A stretch of 64,000 nt of DNA, from the NCBI GenBank assembly GCA_965240325.2, contig OZ251239.1, positions 806,001 to 870,000 of the forward strand, written 5' to 3'. The notes below the pieces were generated by a model. The model was given only the letters and a program-made list of their open reading frames with translations, had not been told where the DNA came from and did not search any database. Of this stretch, positions 10,831 through 21,163 are shown piece after piece (the first letter of the stretch is position 1; every line of letters begins with the position of its first letter). The stretch is from Rebecca billardiae RCC1528. Lineage: Eukaryota > Protista > Haptophyta. The translations under genes and the position numbers were made by a program.

Positions 10831-12628
10831 AGGGGGTCCAAGCCGCGGAATTTAAAATCGAAAATCGACTGACCGATTTCGCGCTGAGCATTTCCGAACA
10901 TTTTGGCCTCGAATTGCGGCAAGCACGGCCGCGGCCGTTCAGAGCACGGTCGAGCCCGAGATCGGGCGAGCAGCACGCCTGGGCGGTGGACTTCATCGTC
11001 GCGTCGGCGCGGCGGAGCGCGCTCTGGCGTCAGAGGCGCGCGGGCGGGCGAGTCAGGGTGGCCACCATGGCAGCGTTCGGCCAAATGATCGCTGGCACCT
11101 CGCTCTCACCGGACATCTTGAACCTCACAGCCCCGCTCTGCGCGCCGTTCGAACTCTCATCCGGATGAGCGCGGACAACGCAGCCCCGGTTCCAGGTGAA
11201 CCGTGCACGCTGCGCCCTGGTTCCCTACTGGTTCCATCAGTTCATGAGGAGAATGAGTCAGCCCCCGACGCTTGGCCCGGTGCGTGCAGTGCTCACCTCC
11301 CCACGCGCTGCGCATGCACTCGCGTGATCGCTGGCTGCTCGTGCGCAAACGGGAGCGCGCGGCAGTCGTGGGTGGTAAGCAAGCTCGGCGACCCTGTGTA
11401 CGTGCGGGGCCTGTCTTCCAGCCCACAGTAGTACCGCCAGAAGCTCCAGCTGGCACGCGTCGGCTTGTTTGTTGTGCCACTTGGCGTGCCGCTTGGCTGC
11501 ATGCAGCAGCCGAGCTGCCCTGAGGCGAAGAGCGTGCACCTTGTCACGAACGTCAAGCTTGCTGCGGAGCAGACGCGCGCCGCAAAGCTCCGCTATGGCC
11601 GCTGCCACATCTGTACACCGTGTCTTCGTCTCGGGAGTGCCGGCGCCACTGTTGGCGGCCGTCTTGGAGCAGCGCGCGGACTGCATGGTGCTCGGGGCAG
11701 GCGTGCGCGCTGGGCGCGGCAGCTGAGGCAGAGAGCTCAACGCTCGCCACCGAGCAGCTCGCCGAGTCAGGGGTAACCTGGAGCAGCCTCGACTGCAAGC
11801 GCTGTAGCCGCAGCAGAGGTGGACCGGTGGCGGCCTCGCGTGGGCTGGTGTACGACGAACGGCGACGGTGCCGGTGACACCTGAGACCGGGCAAGGAAGC
11901 CGCCACACATGGCGAGCTATCTGCGCACGCCAGCCTCGACGGCGGAGAGGCCTCTCATACGGGGATGGTGGCATGTTCAGTGGCGGAGCTGGCCGTGTGC
12001 CGCAGCACGTGCAGCCCGCCACCGGCATCAGGCCCGCGTTCGCGGGCCGGCGCTCACTGATGTGAGTCCAGTGGCAGCATGAGCCGTCTCGGCGGCCGCC
12101 GTATTCCGTATTCGGATGACCCAGCAAATAGTGAGCAAGGTACCCATGTATAGGCACGCACTTGAATACATATTATAAAAGTAACCACATTGTATATAAA
12201 GTGGGTAGACATGCTCTTATATGCGGGTACATTCCTATAATTAAATGGGTAATGTACTCGATCTTGGAGTAGTTTTTCATGGACGTCTACGCGCACAGCA
12301 TAGTGCCCCACTTTTTCGGTATTTTCACCATAAAATCCTTCGGATAGGGGGCAGCGCTTGTCAATAAGTAAGTCCGACCGCGTATCGTCATCTAGCTGCA
12401 ATGACAAGTAGGTAACATTCGGCTGAATCTCTATGTGACACAGCGGGCGCCGCTGCGCGCGCGCACGACCGCCCGACGACACGCGGAGTCGGTTTTTAGT
12501 GCTTCTGACGGCTGGGCTGGGCCGTGGGACATATTTGAGGGGGACTCCGCAAGCGCCACGCTCAGAGACGCCTACATGGCATGGTTGTCAAATATCACAA
12601 ATCAGTGGGCTGCTGGCTTGGACCCCCT
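10831..12628. mobile_element. Non-autonomous TIR element with 9-bp TSD (MULE-like) carrying degenerate coding-like sequence
   Basis: Termini AGGGGGTCCAAGCC...GGCTTGGACCCCCT; AGTGACAGT at 10822-10830 and 12629-12637. Confidence 0.8.
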
Positions 12629-12936
12629 AGTGACAGTGTCGCGGTTTTGCGCGCGCGACGCTCGCCGGCGACCTCCTCGCCTGTGCGCTGCCAGTGCCAT
12701 GCACGCGTCGGACCGCCCCGCCTGCCCGGGAGCTCGGACCGGGACGAAGGTGCTGCGGGCCGTCGAGTCAGTGTCGACCGAATACTGATGAGTACTGATG
12801 CCTGACGGCGGCCCTGACGGGCGGTCAATCAGTCCCCACTCTGCCACTCACCACTGCGGCCACTGCCAATGTGAATGGTCCGGAGACGGCCTTTGTCCGG
12901 CTGGCTGGCCAGGGCGGCCACACTTGGACAGCAGCG

Positions 12937-14604
12937 ATGGCGGCTTCCGTCGTCTCGCCGATTGGGCAGGTGGTCCTCCTTGGGGGCATCTTCTTCTGCG
13001 TGTTCATCGCCTACTACATGCTGCAGGACTTTGCGCCCACGCTGTACGGCGAGGAGGTCGGTGGCGACATGGAGGCCGTGCTGTACACCTGCTTCACCGT
13101 CGCGTGCGTGTTTGCGCCGCGCGTGGCGGACTCGCTCGGCTGCCGGACGACGCTGTTCGTCGGCGCACTGGGCTACGCCACACTGGCGGCGTCCAGCCTG
13201 GTCCTCGCGGCACTAGGTGAGCAGCGTGGTGCGTGCCAACGCTGGCTCATCATCGGGAGCGGCGCCTGCGTCGGCGTCGGCGCAGCGCTGCTGTGGACCG
13301 CGCAGGGCACGCTGATGCTGGTCCACGGAGGCCCGCACGGCACGGGCCGCGCGTTCGCCATATTCTGGGGGATGTTCAACGCAAGCGCGATCGCCGGCGG
13401 CGTGCTCACGGCCGCGTTCTTCAGCGCGCAGCGGCAGACGTGGATGCTGTACGCCGTCTTCCTGGGCACGACGGTGGCTGGTGCAACCGGCGCGTGGGCG
13501 CTCTCGCCGCTGCCCTCCGAGCCCGCCGCGGCTGCGCGCGCGCACGAGGCGCAACCGCGCGCGTGGCGACTGGCGTGCTCGGCGTGCGCGCGTGACGTGC
13601 GCGCCACACTACGCGAGCTGCGCACGCCGCGCGGGCTGCGCCTCCTGCCGCTCTGGCTCTTCAGCGGCGCGGGCCAGCCGTACCAGCTCGACACGTTTGG
13701 CGACCGGTTGCTGGGCAGCGGCGCGCTCGGGCTGGCGCTGGCCGTCTTCTACACGGCCGAGGTGGGCGGCGGCGCGCTCGCGGCGGTCGTGCTCGATGGC
13801 GCGGGCCCCGCGGCCGCGCGGGGGCCAGCGCGCCCCTCGCAGCCCGCGGTGGCCCTGCTCGGCGCGTGTGCCGCCACGCTGGCCGCGAGTGCCGTGGCCG
13901 CGTGGCTAGAGCTGCGCGCGCTCCGCGCGGGCGAGGCGGCGCACCCGCCGCAGGTGCGCTCGCTCGCGCTGTGGCCCGGCGGCGTGGCGTGCGCCGGTGC
14001 GTACGCGCTCTGGGGCTGCGCCGACGCGCTCATCCAGGCCTGGTGCTACTGGGAGATGAGCGCGTGGCCCTCCAGCAGATGCTGCGGTGCTGCCGAGTGT
14101 GCGGTGGACGCGCGCGCGCAGCCCATGCTGCCCGCATGCCCTGACGAGTGGGCGGACGCGGGCGCTCCGGCCGCAGCTGCGAGCATGGCGCCCGCGCCAA
14201 CGATCGCCCCTCTTCTGCTGAGCGCGGGCGTGACGACGCACGATGCTGCCACGGCAGAGCCGGCCACAGACCCGCCACTCCCTGCGGCGGCGGAGGGCGG
14301 CCCGCAGTACGGCCAGCGCCCTCCGCACGCGCCGGCCGCGGAAGAGCCAGCCACGGGCGATGCGACCCGGCTTCTCGTCGCGAGCACGGCCGCGCACGCC
14401 AGCGAGCTCGGACGGCGCGTGGGCTGCTACAAGATGATGCAAAGCCTTGGGTGGGCCATCGGCTTTGTGCTCTCGCCACCGACGCGCTGTGCGCCGCTCA
14501 CGCAGCTCGCAGGGGTGGTGGCCCTCGCACTGGTCGGAACGGTGGGCGCGCTCATGCACCTGCGGAGGCATCGTCCCACGGCACAGACGGCACTGCAGCA
14601 ATAG
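12937..14604 (+). CDS. UNC-93-like major facilitator superfamily membrane protein
   Basis: LLGGIFFCVFIAY, AVLYTCFTV, GVGAALLWTAQG, FAIFWGMFNAS; many TM helices; first ATG at 12937. Confidence 0.85.
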   Translation: MAASVVSPIGQVVLLGGIFFCVFIAYYMLQDFAPTLYGEEVGGDMEAVLYTCFTVACVFAPRVADSLGCRTTLFVGALGYATLAASSLVLAALGEQRGACQRWLIIGSGACVGVGAALLWTAQGTLMLVHGGPHGTGRAFAIFWGMFNASAIAGGVLTAAFFSAQRQTWMLYAVFLGTTVAGATGAWALSPLPSEPAAAARAHEAQPRAWRLACSACARDVRATLRELRTPRGLRLLPLWLFSGAGQPYQLDTFGDRLLGSGALGLALAVFYTAEVGGGALAAVVLDGAGPAAARGPARPSQPAVALLGACAATLAASAVAAWLELRALRAGEAAHPPQVRSLALWPGGVACAGAYALWGCADALIQAWCYWEMSAWPSSRCCGAAECAVDARAQPMLPACPDEWADAGAPAAAASMAPAPTIAPLLLSAGVTTHDAATAEPATDPPLPAAAEGGPQYGQRPPHAPAAEEPATGDATRLLVASTAAHASELGRRVGCYKMMQSLGWAIGFVLSPPTRCAPLTQLAGVVALALVGTVGALMHLRRHRPTAQTALQQ

Positions 14605-14975
14605 GAGTCTTATATTCGCGTGATATGACCAGTGTGCGTGCTGCTGGCAGCCGCCGCTCAGCTACGCGACGCGTACGAATATAAGCCGGCCTGATGCTGC
14701 GTGCATGCGCTGGCTTATTAACGCCCCGGCCGGGGGCCGCGGGCTGGCTGCCGCGCCCGGGCCGGGGTCGGCCGCCGGCGCGGCGGCGCCGGGCCGTGGC
14801 CGTGCCCGTAGCCTGAGTGGTGGGCTACTCAGGCACCCGCGCCCCGTGACGTCTGGTGTTAAAGCCTCACCCGTCATCCCGCGTCAGAACTCAGACGAGA
14901 TAGTCAGTGATGGGCTGGCGGCGCTCGCCGACACAGTGTCGACAGACGACGGTTGCTGAGTCAGTCAGTACAGCA

Positions 14976-17006
14976 TTAGCAACGGACGAGGCCGCCGAAG
15001 AGCACCTTGGACACGCACGAGACAGCAGGGCTCGTCGTCGTCATCTCGCTCAGGAGGCCCACCCAGTTCGAGTGCTCGGCAAAGTCTACGCGGACGACGC
15101 CGTCATGGCTGACGCTGCGCACCCGCCCTGCCGAGCGGTGCGAGACGCCCTGGTCGCCCCAGCCCTTGCTCGGCGCGTCGACCTGCGAGCGCACGCACAC
15201 GTGCGCGCCGGGCCGGATCACGTTGGCGACGGCGTCGAGCTCGAGGTCGGACTCGCGCCCGCGCCACCCGTCGCGCTCGGGGAAGTCGACGGTGTACACG
15301 AAGGTGGTGTGGTGCAGCTCGTACGCGCGCACGATGCCGACCGATCCCTTCTTCACGCCCGCCCAGCCGGTCGACGGCTTCTCGAGCGCCAGCTTGACGC
15401 GCACGGCCTGGCCGCACTGGAAGGCGCCGCGCCAGCTGCCCTGCGTGGGGCCGACCACCTGCAGCTCGCTGAGCACCCCGGCCCACATGTTCTCGCTGAC
15501 CGCCCCCGTGGGCGAGAAGCCAAAGTTGACGGCCACCTTGGCGTCGTACCCCACCTCGAGCACGAAGCCCACCATCCCGTGCTCCAGGTTGCCCATGCCG
15601 AACTTGGGCTCCTTCACGTCGGGGCGGAGCATCACGCGCGCGCCCGCACGCACCTTGTCGGCCGCCGGGTCGACGTACACGTCGGCGGGCGCGCAGATCA
15701 CCTCGTCCACCTCGGGAAAGTTGACGACGTAGTTCTTGCCGTCGCGCCGCGCGACCACGCCCACGTCGCGCGCGCTCAGCTTCTCCGTCTGCGCCGCGCG
15801 CCGCGCGCTCAGCCGCACGGCCGAGCGCTTCTGCACCTTGCCCGGCCAGTTGGAGGCGTCGTCGTTCTGCGCCTGCGAGATCAGCTGGAGCAGGGCGGCG
15901 GCGGCCTCGGGGTCGTCAGCGCCCCCGAGCGCGGCCACCAGGCCCGACGCGCCGCCCCCGGCCGGCACGGCGCCTTCGGCCGGCATCTGCAGCTGCCCGG
16001 CCGCGACGAGCTTCTCGCGTATCGTCTTGATCAGCTGCAGCAGGTCCTCAAACGACGGCCGGTCGTTCGGGTCGGGCTGCCAGCAGAAGAGGAGGACGAG
16101 CTTCCACACGTCGTGGACGGTGGCGGGGACCTGCGGGCGCTCGCCGTTGACCACCTTCTGCGCCAGCGCCTGCACGCTCGTCTCGCCCTGCCACGGCGTC
16201 ACGCCGCCGAGCACCTCGAGCGCAAAGCAGCCGAACGCGTACACGTCCGACTTCTCAGACGGCTGCCCGCCCTGCACAAACAGCTCGGGCGCCATGAACG
16301 GGACGGTGCCCGAGATGCCCTCCTCCGCGCCGATCTCGGCGAGGTGCTTCGCGATGCCGAAGTCCGCGATCTTCGCGTTGAACGCCGAGTCGAGCAGGAT
16401 GTTGGCCGCCTTCACGTCGCGGTGCACGATCCCCTTGTCCGAGAGGTACTTGAGGCCGTGCGCCGCCTGCTCGAGGATGCGCACGCGCATGCCCGGCGTG
16501 AGCGCCGGGTGGCTGGCGTCGAGCTTGGAGCGCACGCTCCCGTTCTCGCAGTACTCCATCACGAGCAGCAACTCCGTCTCCATCACCGCGCCGTACACCT
16601 CGACGCAGTTTGGGTTGCGCAGCTGGACGGCAAACTGCAGCTCCGAGACGACCTCGGCGAGCGCGGCCTCGATGGAGGGCATCTGCTCGACCTTCGACTT
16701 CTTGGCGACGACGGTGCGGCCGGCATACGTGGCGAGATGCACGTCGCCCATGCCGCCCTCGCCGATCTTGCGCCCGAGCTGCACGTCGCGCGCGGCGATG
16801 CGGAACGACTCGACGCTGTTCAAGATCGACGAGCTCCTCGACGCAGAGGATAGGGCCGTGCCGAAGGTGGGCGTGCCGATCTGCTGCGTCTGCTCGAGCT
16901 CCTTGATCGCCGCGTCGAGGTTGATGCTGCTGCCGCGCTTCACCAGCTGCCGGCGCTCGGCCGAGGCCGGCGACCCCGACACCTGCTTGCTCGAGGAACA
17001 GCCCAT
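14976..17006 (-). CDS. Predicted N-acylated TKL-group protein kinase with C-terminal Mind bomb/HERC2-like SH3 repeats
   Basis: MGCSSSK start; GEGGMGDV, HRDVKAANILL, DFG, GTVPFMAPE; repeats such as GQAVRVK..EKPSTGWAGVKKGSVGIV..VDFPERDGWRG and GAHVCVRSQVDAPSKGWG..VRVDFAEHSNWVG. Confidence 0.85.
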   Translation of the reverse strand: MGCSSSKQVSGSPASAERRQLVKRGSSINLDAAIKELEQTQQIGTPTFGTALSSASRSSSILNSVESFRIAARDVQLGRKIGEGGMGDVHLATYAGRTVVAKKSKVEQMPSIEAALAEVVSELQFAVQLRNPNCVEVYGAVMETELLLVMEYCENGSVRSKLDASHPALTPGMRVRILEQAAHGLKYLSDKGIVHRDVKAANILLDSAFNAKIADFGIAKHLAEIGAEEGISGTVPFMAPELFVQGGQPSEKSDVYAFGCFALEVLGGVTPWQGETSVQALAQKVVNGERPQVPATVHDVWKLVLLFCWQPDPNDRPSFEDLLQLIKTIREKLVAAGQLQMPAEGAVPAGGGASGLVAALGGADDPEAAAALLQLISQAQNDDASNWPGKVQKRSAVRLSARRAAQTEKLSARDVGVVARRDGKNYVVNFPEVDEVICAPADVYVDPAADKVRAGARVMLRPDVKEPKFGMGNLEHGMVGFVLEVGYDAKVAVNFGFSPTGAVSENMWAGVLSELQVVGPTQGSWRGAFQCGQAVRVKLALEKPSTGWAGVKKGSVGIVRAYELHHTTFVYTVDFPERDGWRGRESDLELDAVANVIRPGAHVCVRSQVDAPSKGWGDQGVSHRSAGRVRSVSHDGVVRVDFAEHSNWVGLLSEMTTTSPAVSCVSKVLFGGLVRC

Positions 17007-17711
17007 GGTGGGGAGCCGCGACTGGTAGGTGACCAAGAACTCGTGTGGTGCGCGGTCGGGCGCTTCGGGGGGCGGCGCGGCTCCATCGCCAGCACCCCGG
17101 AGCCGGGCGAGCTGATTGGCTGATCAACCAGATGAGTACGATAAATGATGCTCATCTTTCCACTCTCATATTTGTAAGGTACGTTGCCTGGCGGATTCGC
17201 TGCTACTGCACGTTAAATCATAGTAAACTGCATCATGATACATTGATGATGTCGCCCTGAACGTCCGCCCAAGGGCGGTCCGCCCTTGTCCAGCGGCTGT
17301 GATGTCTGATGAGGGCCGTGGCCGTCCCCAAAGGTGTATGTGTCCGTCATCCGCTCCCTGCCGTCGTCGTCCACAATTAATGTCGTCGTTCGAACAGGTC
17401 AGAACTGTGGTGCCTGGTGGTGCGTGCCATACGGCGATACGGCACGGTCGGCGTGCCCGCGACAGGCGCGTCGACCGCGAGGACAGTGCCTAGCCCTAGT
17501 GCACAGTATCGTATTGACGCAGCGACTGCGACGAATATATTACTACTGTCGTGATTAATTGCATTGCAATACTGGCTGAAAGTCCGTAGTGTTAAAAAAG
17601 TAATCAGTCCTGTGCCGTCCGGCGGGCCCGGTCACACTGGCGGCGGCGCGAGCATCGTCACTCGGCACGTAAACTCATCACACATTCACAGTCGCGTCTT
17701 TACGAGAGCTA

Positions 17712-17952
17712 GCCAGACTCAGTACTGAGTGACAGTACTCGGAGTCAGACAGTGACAGTAGACAGTAGTGACCGCTGAGACCTCGGAGTCACTGGGCCTC
17801 ACGCAGTCACACGGTCCGATGATGGGAGTTCACTCTGACACTCATCGGACCGTGTGACTGCGTGAGGCCCAGTGACTCCGAGGTCTCAGCGGTCACTACT
17901 GTCTACTGTCACTGTCTGACTCCGAGTACTGTCACTCAGTACTGAGTCTGGC
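17712..17952. repeat. Perfect inverted repeat, 111-bp arms with a 19-nt loop
   Basis: 17712-17822 is the reverse complement of 17842-17952; further copies of the palindrome ACTCAGTACTGAGT follow to about 18050. Confidence 0.92.
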
Positions 17953-18530
17953 GCAGTGGCTGAGTCTGAGCTGCAGACTCAGTACTGAGTGGAGAGCCAG
18001 ACTCAGTACTGAGTGAGTCCCCGTGAGCTAGCCAGACTCAGTACTGAGTACGCAGACTCAGTCTCAGTACTTCATTCAGAGGCTAGTGTGACGCAGAGAC
18101 GGCTTCTTATTGTAGCCATCATGCCGAGTGCCTGCGCGCCGCCGACGGCGACGAGCGGCGCGGCCGCTGCGAGCCGTGGCGTCAGAGCCCTGCGCCGCTG
18201 CGCGCAGCCGAATGATCGTCGCGAGTAGCAGTCGGTGTCACTGTCAGTATAGCCTGTCACTGTCAGTCGGGCGGTCCCGGCGCGATTCACGTGATGGCCG
18301 CGAGGATGTCAAATGATTAATTATAATAAGCGGCCCGCTCACCAGCTGACTGTACTGCGACATATGATGCGCATACGCTGCAGCAGCTGATTCTCGTCGC
18401 GGTCCGCGCGGATCGAGTGACGACTCGTCCAGGTCCCGTACTGTGCCGATGACGATTGACGATCGACGACCACGACGAAGTTCAGCTCTGCACGACGATG
18501 AGTACTCTCACACTCTGGCGCAATTCATTA

Positions 18531-19061
18531 CAGGCAATCGCGGGCAATAAGGAGCTGTCACGTTAAGAAACTGGGGCTTGCTTTCTGCGGATCTGGCCTA
18601 GAAACTGAGACTAGCGATTGGCTGGTTCGCTATACGCATATAGTCACACTAAGAAACCGGGACTACGTCGTCCCGGCTGACGAGTAGTCCGCCGACGGGG
18701 CGAGGCGCAGTCGGCCCGCGTCGGGGACGCGGCGCGCGGCCCGACTACGAGTACAGGCCAGGTCCCGACTTCTCCTGATGACTGACTCCTGGCCAGTGCA
18801 CCGCAGCATCCATGCAACATCGATCATGCCAGATTTGCGCCCCAAAAAGGCCCAATAACATTTTCTTCTGGCCTCGCCGGCCGGGCCTAAAGTGACTCAG
18901 CGGGGGACTCTGCCCCCCTGCGCCCCCCGCGTCTGCGCAGCGGGCGGACCTAGCTAAGAAACTGAGACTCCGTAGGCGCTCGGGCTACCGAACGGCTAAG
19001 AAACCGAGGCTAGCCGTGAGATCTCTGACTTCCGAGTTCCGTTATTGCCAGCAATTGCCTG
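18531..19061. mobile_element. MITE, Tc1/mariner-type (TA TSD, about 20-bp TIR)
   Basis: TA|CAGGCAATCGCGGGCAATAA ... TTATTGCCAGCAATTGCCTG|TA (2 mismatches); five internal TA(A)GAAACYGRGRCT motifs. Confidence 0.75.
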
Positions 19062-19285
19062 TAGCAGTGGGGACTAGTATCTGATTAATATTGAGGATGC
19101 GCTATAAATACCGCGGCATCCCGCGGTGCGCCCCCGGTGCTGCGGCCGCGGCGCCTCCAAGTGTGCATGTATATATAAGGAGGCGCACGCCGCGCGCCCG
19201 GCCGAGCGGGTGCATCCACCGGCACCGCCGGTCCGACGATGACCGTGGCCGGGCATCGTCCGACGATGACCGTGGCCGGGCATCC

Positions 19286-20844
19286 TCAGGCGCTGTCGTG
19301 CTCGTCGAACATGCGCGCGAGCCGCTCCATGTCGACCACCTCGCTCAGCGCGACGCGGCGCTGCTCCGCGATGGAGCGGTGCGCCGCGACGCCGCACGCG
19401 ATGGCGACCACCGAGTCCGCGATCGACACGTTCGCCTTGGTCGCGCCGCGCTGCACGCTGCGCACCAGTCCCTCGAGCTCGACGTACGTGCTGCCGTGGT
19501 GGTCGCCCGTCGCGGCGATCTTGGCGTTGAGGTGCGCGGCGGCCTCGTGCACGCGGCCCTTGGTGTACTCGGGCGGCGGCGGGCGGTCCGACGCCCAGCC
19601 CGCGACCATCTCCGGCGCGCGCACGCCGATGCGCACGTTGGGCGCCTTCATGTCCGTGTCCTTCTCGCCGTGGCCGGGCATGAACGCCTCGAGCTTGCCG
19701 CGCTCGCCCACGAGGCTCACCTCAAACTGGTTCGCAGAGGCCTCGGCGAAGAGGCTCATCTCGAGCGAGGCGCGCACGCCCGAGTCGAAGTCGATGAGCA
19801 CGTACGCGTGGTCCAGGATGTCCGGCGTCCGCCCGCCCTCGCCGTACCGCTCGTCCAGGTGGTTGATCGCCTGGCCGCCCGTCGCGTACACGCCGAGCGG
19901 CATCGAGCGGTGCGCGCCGTTCGCACCCGCCGCGCCGCCGGGGTGCTGCGCGTTGAGGTAGCACATGAGGTCGAAGAAGTGGCACGCCTTCTCCACGAGC
20001 GTGCCGCCCGTGTTCTCGTTGAACCGGTTCCAGTCGCCCACCTTGCGCAGGAACGGGAAGCGGTGCTCGCGCAGGCTGAGCATCCGCAGCCGACCGATCG
20101 TGCCCTCGCGCAGCTCGTGCGCGGCGCGCAGCAGCGGCGCCATGTACCGGTACTCCATGCCGACCCAGAGCAGCCCGCGCGCGTCGCGCGGCTGCGCCTC
20201 GTACAGCTCGTGCACCTCGAAGCAGTCCTCCAGCGTCGTGCACATCGGCTTCTCGCACAGGATGTGCTTGCCCGTCGGGATGGCGTCGCGCAGCACGCTG
20301 ATGTGCGTGTGGTTCGGGGTCGCGATGATCACGACGTCGATGTCGTCGCGCGCGAGCAGGTCGGCGTGCCGCGTGTAGTACGCGACGTCGGCCGCGCTCG
20401 GCAGATCCCTCTCGATCAGCGCGCGCGCGCGCTCGCGCGAGCCCTCGTCCGGATCGGCCACAGCGGCGATCACTGCGTTCGGGTGCAGCCGGAGGTTCTC
20501 GAGGTGCTCGCGGCCTGTACGCGCGCGGCGGGCGGGCGCGGGTCGGAACAGGGTCGGAGGTCGAGCACGCGCTCGGGGTGGGCGTGCAGTGCGGGTGCTG
20601 CGCCTCGGCGCGACGGCCTGGGGTGGAGCCCGTGGGGGTGGGTGCAGGCGTGCGCGCGCGTGCACGACGCGCGCGCCGACGTGCGGCGCGCACCGATGCA
20701 GCCAGTGCCGACCACACCAAAGCGGAGCGAGCGGCCGCTTGACCGGGGACCAACGGCGCCGACGAGAGCAGAGAGGTCCTCCGTAGTGAGCGCCATTGAC
20801 ACGGCGTCGTCATCCGAGAATGAGGGCGACTCCGAGCGGACCAT
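19286..20844 (-). CDS. Gfo/Idh/MocA family oxidoreductase (inositol 2-dehydrogenase-like); intron 20693-20515
   Basis: LRFGVVGTGCIG|REHL spliced Rossmann motif, IATPNHTH, ILCEKP, GMEYRY, GGTLVEKACHFFDL. Confidence 0.9.
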
Positions 20845-21163
20845 GGCGGCCGTGGACGCGAGTGACCACACGCGGTGACGCTTGAGGACGGCCAAGCGGC
20901 GCGGGCAGCAAGCGGGCGTCAGTTGAGCCTGCGGCTAGTTGCGGCCAATAAGCGGCGACGTAACTTCCGGGCAAGTCTTCAGACCGCGGCGCTTTCAACG
21001 GGACGAACCCGCCTCCAGCTTCGTCATAGCGAGACGGCAGCCTGAGAAGATGAGAACAGGCTCAAGTGCTGCTTTCCGGCTGCCCAGGCCAACGGTCGCT
21101 CGAAGTCGAGACTACTCGTGCCAGTCGAGGTTGCGAGCAGACTGCCGACTGGCTGCTATCATA

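Noticed and set aside
11840-11900. Class II HDAC fragment (GLVYDER)
   Set aside because: Seven-residue resemblance followed by a stop; no other HDAC motifs seen
12054-12482. 142-aa minus-strand ORF in an AT-rich block
   Set aside because: No ATG start or recognisable motif; lies inside a transposon
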